NCBI GenBank assembly: GCA_903843285.1
Contig: CAIMPC010000057.1
Coordinates: 6,456-70,455, forward strand
From: Candidatus Omnitrophota bacterium
GTDB taxonomy: Bacteria; Omnitrophota; Gorgyraeia; 2-01-FULL-45-10
Reading direction: 5' to 3'
DNA length: 64,000 nt
Shown here: positions 12,601 to 24,600 of the stretch, piece by piece
Layout of the letters: each line of letters starts with the position of its first letter
Position numbering within the stretch: the stretch's first letter is position 1
The notes under the pieces: generated by a model
Databases searched by the model: none
Told to the model about the DNA's origin: nothing
The model's input: the letters and a program-made list of their open reading frames with translations, nothing else
Translations under genes and position numbers: made by a program

Positions 12601-15600
12601 TCAAGCCCCCGCTTCCTTTCCGGACTTAAACCGGGGACCTTTAACTTTGCGGCAATATAATCTATCTTCTCCTTGCGTATGCTACGTTCCATGTCTTCTC
12701 TATGCCGTGAATACATAAAGACCGCCTTCTCGCCGATGCTCTCGGCGAGAGTGGATATATTAGATTTATCATCTGTTGTTAATTGAGCGTCCCCCTTGCC
12801 ATAGGCTTTCTTATATATCTCGCGCACCTTTACCGGTAACACCTCGTAAACAAGTATAACGCCGTCTTCATCATATCCCAACCCCGTCATCTTATGTAAT
12901 AGTATCCCCGCTTCATCTTCATCTATCGGAACATCCAAAAGCCGCGCCTTTTCCATCAGACTTTTTAAAACTCTCTCTTTGCGCGCAGGATCCTTCTCGA
13001 TTACGATAGCCTCCTGTATCTTTTCCTTCCTCTCATCATTTACCTTGCGCTCGTAATCGACTAATACGGAATGCTTCGCGTTAAATCTAACATATATATC
13101 TTCCACCGCCTCTTTCTTCCGCAGTTCCGCCGCGATAAGGAACGTTCGTAGGCTTGGAGTAATAACTTTGTCTAATTCTTCGCATTTAGTATCGATAACG
13201 CCCAGCGCCTGTTCCATTGCTATGGATGGATTTCCATCACAGATAATGCGTCCAAGAAACCCCCTAAACGACTTAGAGACACTTGACTGCCCTTCAATAA
13301 GCTCACCTTTCTTCGCCGCCACCTGAGCCGGAGTCAACTTAAACGGCATCAGATCGGATGTCAATGCTTCAAATTCTTTTAATTCCGAAACCGCTCTTCC
13401 GGGAGAAGGAAATCTTCCAAAATCGATCCGCCATTTTCGTAATATAAACGCTATATCATCGTATCTTTCCGATCCCAAAAACAGCCCCATAAATGCCAGG
13501 TCTGCTTTGAACGCAGTCTCAAATTTTTTATGGGCCTGGAATTTTTGCACCCAAGTCATCAATTCATCGCTCTCAAGCCTTAATTGAGAGAGTACAGGAA
13601 ATATATTTTCCCATCCGATAAATGTCTGCATGTTCGCATAATTTTCTCCCTGCGCCCATGCTATATCCTCAAATGTGTCTTTGATCCATTTAATATCATT
13701 AAACCCCTTCCCTGCCTTCCTGGATTCCAGCGCTTTAATATACATACGCGCCACAAAGCCTCTCCTTTGTCCCGGAGTGGAAAGAGGTAGAGCTGCTTTT
13801 ATCTTATCGACCAAGCCGGTGCGTATCTTGCCTTCAACGTCTACTCGTTTAAGGTTATGGTATCTATCAGCATACCCAGATATCCTAATGTTGCTCAATC
13901 CATTTACATCCATCAGATTATCGACAAGAGTTCTCGTATCAAATACGGGCTGTGTCATCAAATACAGGAAGGCTTTTAACCTGTCATCAGAAAGTTTCCC
14001 TATATAATCCTTCATCAAACCATCCGCTATAACAGACGGAAGCTCCTTCTCCTTTTTCGTGTAGAGGGATTCGTTCAATATAAACGATCCCATAACTTCC
14101 TTTTGGTACCTCTCTCTTTCGGCCGTTTCCACAAGGTTAGACGCATCGGACATATTCAACCTTACAGGAGCTCCCAGTTCATCTCTATTATGTAGCATAT
14201 ACACAGCCTGAAGGTACATCTCTGCTGCCGTTTCACGCACCAACCCCCTGGTATCGATAGTATATCTCTTTCTGAACATGTACTTCATACCTTGCGATAT
14301 AGCCTCTCCAAAGGTGACATCTTCATTCATAAGGCCTTCTGTGGCCTTACCTTTCGGGCCTATATTCGATCCGTCAGAAGCTTTGGGGAGGCCTTTGATG
14401 TAATCATAGGCGGTAATAGCATCTTCTTTTTCCACTCCTGCCCCATCATGTATTTTTATTTTCACTGTCTCGCATGCATTATCCCTAAGACGGTTGGGGT
14501 GTCGGCTATGATCAATTTCATTGAGCAATTCCTGGCCGGCTATCAGGCGTATTTTCTTAGCATAAGCCACGTTTTCAAACAAGGCATCGACTGTTAAAGC
14601 TTTCCCGGTTGCGAGCTCATAACGAGGCCCATATTCTCTGATGGCTTTTCGTACCGCCTTTGAGAAATACGATAGTCCTTTTGCGTACACCCACACATTT
14701 ACATCATACTCTTTGCTCCATTTTCGCGAGGCGTCATGGACCTGCTCCCGCAGTGAAAAGTCTTCATCCCTGTATGCTTCAATCTTTTCCTTTAAAGCAC
14801 TGAAATCAATAATTCCATTATTGAAATTGTCAATATCTCCCTTTAGTTCGTCTGCATCGATAACTTGTATGGCAAAATATTTAGCCTCAGCCATCGCCGC
14901 GCCTTTTTGGAATATCTCTTCGGCGCTCTCTAACATATACCACGTATCTATATGCTTAAGGAATTTCTGTATGCGCTCCATACCTCTATCTGTAGCAACA
15001 GCCTGGAATAGTATCCGCACAAGGAGTTTGTTTACGGCATTTCCATTCGAATCAAAGAAGTCCTTCCAGCTTTCCGGCTTTACTGTAATGACCCTTCCGA
15101 TAGCCATTAGAATTCCGTTCTTCTCTCCTTCATCGAGAGGAAGATACTCCCCTACACTCCGTTCTAGATTAGGCATTACTATAGTATATAACTTTACTAA
15201 ATTCCTGCCGCTGGCTTCATCCGGCACTTTTCCATTTCTGTCGAAATAGCCTGCCCACGTCCTGGGTTTAACCATAAGATCGATCGCAATAGCTATCCTG
15301 CGGCCCTGGGCATCAGGATCATCGCCTATAAGTTCTTTTATCCCTAACTTTGTAGCCTCTAATTCGATCGTATGCTCACACTCATATATCTGGTTAACAG
15401 CTTCCGGATTTATAATTGCCCCTGTCATCTGAATCCACTTATTCTTTACCCACGCGGATTTTTTCTTCTTCGCCTCCATATCCATGGACGCGGACATTCT
15501 GCGGCCTTCTGATACAGGATCATCGCCCTTGAACTTCTCAACGTTGCATCTTACGGCTTCCAGAGCAAGCTTATCCGTAACGCCATAAATGTGGTTTACT

Positions 15601-18600
15601 TCACCGGCATTTATTGTGATAGGTTTGCTGGGCCTGGATTCATCTTCATATATCCATTTATTCCTCACCCAGACCGACCTCTGGGCCTTTGCGACTATAT
15701 CCATAGCCGTAGTGATCCTGCGCCCCTGGACTATCGAACTGTTCCCGGCGAGTCTATGAATATTCTTATTCTTCGACTTCGCCAACTCTGCTAACTCAGC
15801 ATTGATACGTAATATATGATTAACGGCATCGGCGTCTATAATTATAGGTTTGCCCGGCCTGGATTCATCTTCATATATCCATCTGTTCTTTATCCATGCG
15901 GACTTCTTCTTATTCGCTTCCATGTCCATAGCTATAGACATCCTGATACCTTTAGAAGTAGCATCTCTACCTAATAGCCCCGGAATGCGCTTTGCTCCGG
16001 GCAAAACAGCTTGCGTAGCGATATCGCCGGCTACTTTGAATATATGCTTGACAGTTATCGCATCTATCTTTATGGTCCTGGCATTGCCATAGGCCGCCAC
16101 TTTGATCCATCCGTTCTTTATCCACGGGCTCTTCGCCTTATTTTCCACCATATCTCTCGCCATTGCCATCGCATTATCTTTTATCTCTCGCCTGGTAAAA
16201 CCAGACTTCTTGAGGGCAAGTTTCAGGCTCGGTAATACGCTCTTAAACAACTCGTTAATATTACCAATGTTTCTTATTCTACCATCGCTGTTAAAGAAAT
16301 TTTTCCAAACAGAAGGATCGACCACCAGATCTCTCGCTATAGCTGTCGCGTAGTCATTTATCTCTTTAGGACTCAGCCCTACCGAGGCAAGCGATCCCTT
16401 TAGATTTGGCAGCACTGTTCCAAATAGTTCAACAACGTTCGCTTTCTGCGCAGGCGTATTTATATTGCCCTCTTTGTCAAAGAAATCTTTCCAGGCCACA
16501 GTCGCATCGGGATCCCCCATGAGGCCAAAGATTGTGGCTGTGATAAAGCCCTGAATTTCGGGATCCCCAGGATTTAAGGGATTCATATTCGCTTCTCTGA
16601 GCGTCCTATTTATATTACTGAAGAACTTATCAAATTTATCACGAAGCGTTATTATTTCCGATGCGCTCAAATTATTATCGCGACCAAACTTAGTCCAGTA
16701 GAGCGAATCTCCGATAGTTCTTATGCTTTCAAACCTTCTCTTCTCATCTCTTATGTGACCCTCTATGAGGGCGCCCATCCCGGGACGTCGATTTATTCTG
16801 TTATTCTCCTCTGCGAGCAATGTATCCAGCCAATTAACCATGTTAGCTTCAGGTAGCACAGATAACTGGTTATCGGACAGGTGCTTATACATTTCACGTT
16901 TAGGATCGCTACTATCAGCCCTAAGATTTAAGTCCTCTTTTAAAGTAACCAGTAAAGATGTTATTTCATCGAGTCTCAATCCAAGTTCTTTTCTGAATTC
17001 CGGATCCTTTGCGGCCTGACGAAAATCCTCTATACTAATCCACTTATTCAACATAAACTGCCTTGCAAGGGAATTAAGCAGGCCTATGTCTTCTCCATTA
17101 TCGCTCGTGGAGACCTTTCTACTATGAAGCCTCTCGGCCACAGGCTGTAACAGTTCTCTCGTAAAAGGCTCCAGATCCTTATCCAGTTTACCCCACTCAT
17201 ATCTATCGTTGTCCCGATAGAAACTGATCCACCATGAAGTGAATTCGTTACGCGCGATGCCGCTTCGCCTGACCATGTCGGCGACAGCATTCGGAGTTCC
17301 GGCCTTGCATAAATTCTTATACCAAACAAAATATTTCTTATCAGACTGGAACTTACCTAACACCTCTTTTCTTGCATCCGCCACATCTATTGCGGTCATC
17401 TTAGCGGATGGGGATACATAGTGAGGGCTTTGTAATGTGGTGCTCATTCTGGCATAATTACTTAACAATCCCATCAGACTGGGATCGACCGCACCTGCCA
17501 TCCCGAGATTTGGATCAAAGAATCTGGAAAACTCTCTGGGTAGCTTACCGTTACCGCCAATCGCTCTCCTCACCCGGGGTAGCACGCTTTCACAGACAAA
17601 TATATACTCATCCAGATACTTCAGGCTCTCTTCTTCGTTTAGGTTCGCCGTAAGCCTATAAGCCTCAAAGCAGGCCGCCAGAGCCTTTATTTTTTCAACG
17701 TCCTTGCCGATGCCGAGGGGCTTCGCTATCATTTCGGATCTTTCGAGAAGCCTGGAGACATAATTAGAATTAACTCTGCTGACAATATCTTCCCATTTTA
17801 GAAGATTTTTACCTGAGGCATCTTCGTTACTTACGATAGTGGATATTTTATCCACCAGAGCGGCCTTTTTGACTGGGATAGCTCTTAATTTTTTAGAATC
17901 TGAATCTGCGCGCTCCTGGCGGCCGACTTCTTCCCACTCAGCATATTTCCTAATCCATTCCGCTCTGGCTTGTTCCGATTTCTCGCGCTTCAACGACTCT
18001 GCTTTTACATCATCGTCGATCGACACTGTGGCGACTCTTATACCATCTGCCTTTTTATCTAAACCAAACCATCTTAGATATGTAATAAGCTCTTCGCTCT
18101 TATGTTTAAACATACCCAGATTCTTATCAAAGTCAGCTTTTGCCTCAAGCCAGTCGAGCCATACCCTGTTATACTTCTCCATGCTCACAGTAGGAGGATT
18201 ATGCTCATACTGATCTCTGATCTGCTGAAGCTCGGCCCATGCTATCTCTTTTCGTTCTCCGGATGATAAAGTTGCGCGATACTGAGCGCTCCAATCATCC
18301 GTTAAGAGGCGCATGTAACTCCTTAAACGCTCACGCGCTAATACGAGCTGGCCGCCGCTCTGATCCGGGGCAAGAGTTTTGGAGTCTATCTCCAGAGAGA
18401 TATCACTATCCTCCGCTCTATCCATGTTTATCTCCGTAACCTTAGGGACATTTTGCGCTTTTGGCTCGTTCAAAAGCTGTAGAATAAACTCAGCGCCTCC
18501 GGATGTCTGTAGTTTCATTAGCATGCTATACGCCAGATCGCTACATACACGCTCGGCTTCAATCTTCTTCTCTTCCAGGTTTCTGATTACATCTATCGTA

Positions 18601-21600
18601 AACTTATAAGCATCGCTCTTTTCCTTAAGCGGCTTTTGCCCTACGGCATCGAGCATCTCTATCTTAATCTTCTCGCTCCTTGCCTTCTCCAGGTCATTAT
18701 TTATATTTTCAATATTCGCCTTAGCCGTACGATAACGGCTGAATAGCGATGCCCAGTCAGCCCTCTCGCCCAGCTCAACCAATCTGGACAATAGCGGAAA
18801 ATTTTCGTCCCGTCTGGCATTCTGTAAATTCTGCCCGTACACTACGCTATCCATGTATGATAGCATCCCGCTTAAGCCGCTGAAACCTGCTTCATAGGGT
18901 AAGCCATCCAGCATATTTATATAGCTTCCCGGGGTATTAAATCGTTTAAACCCGAAGATCTGATTTTCATTAATCTCGACAGCCGTACCGCGCCTCATGG
19001 CCTCTGCCTTATTGTTAACAAGGTAGGCAAGGGCCTTCATCTCATCCGGAAGATTCGTCGCATTCGCCACATTGGTTAATCCGGTAAGCGCATTCAGATC
19101 CAGCCCTGCCAAAGCAAAGCTTTCCTCTAATCGAAGCTTATCTTTTTCAGCTACAGCAAGCCTCTCCTCTTTATCTTTAAGCTCAACGTCGGCTTTTATC
19201 CTGTCGCTTTCCGGCAGACTTTTCTTATCCTTTATCTCATCAAGCTTTCTCCGTGAATCATCACGTTCTTTTACGATTTCAGCTATGGCACGGTTAGCTC
19301 CGGTGAGATTAACCCACTCGCGCTGATACGTGTTTATCATATCTATCAATAAGTTGCGGGATTCTTTAATAGCCTGATTCAGATCGTTTCTCGCAGAGAC
19401 TATAGAATCAGGATCTGCAGGACCCAGCTCCATGAACTCAACAAGGCCTCCACCTGCCTGAGCCACTTTAACCCTCGTCGCAAGGCCGATGATACGGCTC
19501 CTTATAAACCAAATCTTCGCATCGCCATCGTGCCCCCTGGGGAAGAACTTACTCAGGTGATATTTCATATCTTTAAGCGAAAAATTCGGTACCTTAATCT
19601 CGTCTATTGTGATGCTGTATGGGGCCAATATCTCCCCGAGCACCATTTCATTCACTCTATTCTCTTTCTCAGCGGCCTGCAAATCTGTCTTCATACGTTC
19701 TATATCTTCGGTGACGCGAAGTTCATCTCTTAGGCCGGTGTCAAACTTCACTTTAAGATCTAAGTTCTGTTCTTTTATAGCCCTTAGCAATTCTTCTGCC
19801 TTTATCAGCTTATCCTTTATTTGCTTTAGCCTGGTTCTCGATGCCGAATATTCCAGATACTGGCGAAGTATCTGATCATATCTATTACTTAGGGCTATAT
19901 CCTTTTGGGCCTTGGCAACCTCGACATCCTGCCGCATGACTTCAATTTGATCTACAGGCAGGTTAATCCCTCTGGCGCGCACATTATCATACAGTAGCTG
20001 TTTCAGCTCCAGTCGTATACTAGCCCTACTGGTAGCGGCATCGTAATTAAATAAAAGATTCCCGAAGTCACTAATATTTCCCTGATTAGCTACATGGGCA
20101 CGTAATGCCTGCAGTAATTCCGGCGGGTTGACACCATTTTTACGCAAAACCGGCAAATCATGACTTAATCTGTTTTCGATAGCCCTGGAACGCTCAAAGA
20201 CCATCATTTTGTCATTTATCTCTTCGGGCCTGAGTTTTCTGGCATCGATTCCAGCCTTGCCCAAGTCCAAAATAAATTTGTCTTTCCTATTTAAAAGATC
20301 ATTCAATCTGGCCCTTGCCTGCTGAAGTTTATCCACAAGCAATATTTCATCTTCCTGGGAAATAAATTTTTCATCATTACCTTTGATATCCAGTTCGGCC
20401 TGGAGACTTGCGATATACTTATTGGCCGCGGCGATCTCTTCCTGGATATATTTCAGCTGGTACAGGGATATATGGATATTTAAGCCAAATTCATACAAGC
20501 TCTGCTGATAATTTACATATATCGCTTTCACGACATCCGGCGGCTTAACATCCAAACCCCACCCATTCGGCAAATAACCGAATATCTTATTGAGCTCCAG
20601 CTCGGGAGTGCCTGACAGGCCATCGCTGAGGAGATTTTCGAATAGTGATCTATCCTGGTCTGTCTTCCTAATATCTATAGTAAGGCCTGTAGATAAGCTT
20701 TCTCCTCTTAATGCTTTTATAAGCTTCAGGCATTCCTGTTTTTTAAACTTAGCTTCTCTCAGCTTATCTTTAGCGGCAGAGAGCATCCTGGTCGCCTTAT
20801 AACGCACTGCATCAGACGATCTGTGATTTTTGTACATTTCATCGCATCTGGTCTGAAGATCCCCGGCCAGGGCCGTATTTGCAACTTCATCTCTTTCCGA
20901 TTTCTCATATTCCTGATATGCCGACATCATCGCACAGATCAAATCGTTTTCGGCATGCTTACGCAATGCCTCTTCGGGTATGGAACCAATCTCCTGCTCA
21001 GGCATCAGAACGGTTCCGGGGGTAGCCTTGATTAGCGTTACTGTGCCAAGACCTGCATTTGTATATGCCGCATACGGGTCACGGTTACGTTCAAATAGGT
21101 CTACAAAGCCCGGGACGGTCAGCTTATAGTCCCTCATTGCAGTCGCGACCCTGGCTCGAAGATTCTCTGATCTGGGCCGGCCTTGCTCTGAAGATGCAAC
21201 ATTTCTCATAGCATACGTAATGGATTCGTTAAGCATCTGCATATTGGATGCGTTCATTGCAGAGGCCTGATACCGTGATGGATAGGTCACTGAAGGTCTT
21301 TGAGTCAGTGGTGCGACATTCGGCTGAGCTGAGGGCATCGCAACCGGTAATCTAACCGACGGCTGTGCTGATGGTGCTATCCGACTCACCACCGGCACCG
21401 CCTTTAACCCGTCTTTATTGACGACGAGATTGCGGTTTAGCGCGATTTTCTGGCCTTTTTTCATCGGATCTTTTAGGCCGAGAACGGCGTGTAAGAAATT
21501 GGATTGCATATCGGTGGCCGGATTCACATCCTTCTTCATCGTTAGATCTGATGTTAAGCTTATGGATATACTATCTCCTGCCGGCTTAAGTATCATCCTG

Positions 21601-24600
21601 ATCGTGCCGGTGTAGTGCTCGGTATCTACATTAAAGAATATCTGGTAGACGGATTGTCTGATCTTACCTATAGAAGCCTGAGTTATCGTGCCTATGTTCA
21701 TATTTGCACCCACGCTCAAGCCTCTGGCGATAAAAGTCATGTGACCATTACCATCGAAGGCTAATATCTCAGCGCCAGAGAATGTCCTTTGACCAGTCGC
21801 TTTATGGAAGATCTGGATCTGCCCCATATCGTGGCCATTGCGATGCTGGAACCGCGTATATTTTTCAGCTTTATTATTGTAGATTAGTAACGGAATGGGC
21901 ACATTATGATCGGGATCGGATGGTTTAGACTGAACCAGCCAGTCAATGTCAGGATATACAATGTCGGTAGCGTACCCTTGAAGATTCGGTGTTTGCTCTA
22001 CCTTTTGCGTAGATACAGTAACGACCGGTGCCGTTGGTACCCTGGCCGATGCCGCAAGCTTTGCCAGATACCCTGACTGACTATAGCCTGGCGAGCTGAC
22101 TATCGCCTCCAGGCGATTCATGTACCTTTCATTTTGCAATTTCTGATCTGCTACAGGAATATGCTCGTAATCGGAGAATAATTTTCTTAGTGCGCCGTGA
22201 TCTAATATTTTGTCCAGGGCATCAGCCGGTGGTGCGCGTTCTCTCTGCGGCTTCGCCTGCGCCACTTCTCTTGGCGCGGCCGCCACCGTGGTAATGATCC
22301 TGCCATTCGCAGCCTCGTCTACAACATTACCGACATTTCGACCAAGCGTTCTCCATCCATTCGCTCGTTGTGACGAATCTCTCATACGACTGATAGCCGC
22401 AGTAACAGCGGCCGGATCGACCTTTTTACCGCTTCCGATCTCGCCTAAAACTTTCTGTCCTTCCTGAGCATATGCGACCACCGGATAGACCACCATGGGC
22501 ACGGCAATCGCAGACGCCACGGCTACTTTTCCCAGCATGCCTGAGAAATACTCCGAAGTAGCCCGCCCCATCATCTTCTCTATATTCACTCCGTATTTAT
22601 TTATTAGAATCGCCGTCACGCCGATAGCGCTGACAAATAACGCCGTCTGCATCACGCCGCTAAATATCACAAACGCCGCAGGTATCGCCATGGCATACAT
22701 CAATATGTTTCTCGAACTCGGAATAAATGATTCGGCGAAAGTGCGCCAATAGCTCTGCTTGGCAGAGAGTGCCTCCTGCCCTAATTTGGCCGCCTGTACA
22801 AACTGAAATATTATAGCCAGTACACCTATAACTGCCATCGGAACCGATATTAAAGGTGCCACAGAGATTGAGGACAACATACCCGCGGAGCCGAATAAGG
22901 ATGATAAGGTTACGAGTCCTGCGCCTACTATAATGCCGAGGGCGTTTCCTATATACATAGGCCACCTGGCCCTAAAGAAGCCGCGCTCCGCCTCCCTACC
23001 GACGACATTGGCCGCAAGTGATGAAATAGCTATCGCGCCTAATGACACGCTCGTGATAAATAGAGACCCTCCGGCTATCTGTATGGCAAAGAGCACGCTT
23101 ACCGATATCACCATCGCCCTGACGAGGGAGTTCACTCCGGACTCAAAACGAGTGGGAGTTACATCAGTGACTTTACTCAGGTCTTTCCTGAACAAGCCTA
23201 TTAGAATAACATTCGCCAGAAATGCCATAACTGCCGCGCCAAATGCCAGTGGTATTGCAGGAAGGGCCAGAGATCCTACTGCTATCACGGGGTGCGCGAC
23301 TGCCGCTATCAGCGTTCCTGCGGCAGTAAACAAGCCCGGCCCTGCGAGAAGCTGAAGAGCCATGACACCTGTCCATCTAATCAAGGCATTTAAGAAGCTC
23401 CCCTTTCCTACGCCGGCGGTGAACCTCATGAAATCGGTCGTAGATGTATCGAGCTGTCCTATCTTCTTTCCGTAAATCTGGCTAAAATATACCGTTATGA
23501 TGAGTAGCGATGCGGTTGCAACACCTGCGATCACAGGCTGTGAGATAAGAGACTGAATTATCGGATCTAAGAGCTCCTTAGTGAATGATGAGAGGCCATA
23601 TCTGGCAAACAATGTCCCTATACCAAGCACCAGTATTATCGATGCCGCCGTCTTTACAAAACCTTCCGATAGTAAATTCGTAAATGAGTACGGCCTTGTC
23701 TCCTGAATATTTTCAACCTCGCTACCCATGGCGGAGGCCACAATAACGGTGATGAAATCTTTTATATCGCTGATTTTGTTATTGAAATTGCGTGCAAGAA
23801 ATGCCGCATTGGACAGCTCTTTGTCGAACTGGACGAAAGCCCCTTTTAATCCGACCCGAGACTGGCTCGCCAGGTACTCCAGACGTTTTCTCGTGGATTG
23901 CTGTTCCGTCTGAAACTTGCTAAGTTCATCAGTAAGTTTTTTCTGTATAAGGACTTGTAAGTCTGCGATCTTACTATCTAACTCGCTGTCACTCTTCACA
24001 CCGGCTCTGAGACCCTCGTATGAACCCGTCTCTCTTAAGAACTTTACAAATTCATCCTTCGAGGCTGTCATACTAAGGAGATTCAATACCTGCTGTTGGT
24101 ATAAAAACACCTCCTGCTCGTACGCACGTCTCTTCTCATCGCTTCTATTCTTCTCGCTTGCGATCCTATCCCTGACCTCTGCTGTCAGGCTCTCGACGAG
24201 CTTCGTATCGGATCTTTCAATAGCGCCCCTCAACCCTGCTAATTGCTGGTTCAGGAGCTTGGCGTGCTCTTTAAGTGTATTCTCATCGAGCGAGAATAGG
24301 CCCTCCCACGATCCTTTGTTAGTTCCTCTGTCACCGCGGCCTTGAGTCTGAATTTCAAATGCCTCTGATTCATCGAGATATGCAGATATTACATGCAGTC
24401 CTGGAGCTAATTGATCGAGAGGTGGAACTTCCTCTCCTTCCGAACCATCCTTATTAAGGAAACGCCCTCTTATAGTAATATCTATTCCACGGTGCGCAAT
24501 ATTTGTGGTTATCGTAAGTATGTTGCCATAACCGGCAATGCTTATAGCGCGATTAAACTCTTCGGCATTGCCTCCATTAGCTTCATTAATTATTATTCCA

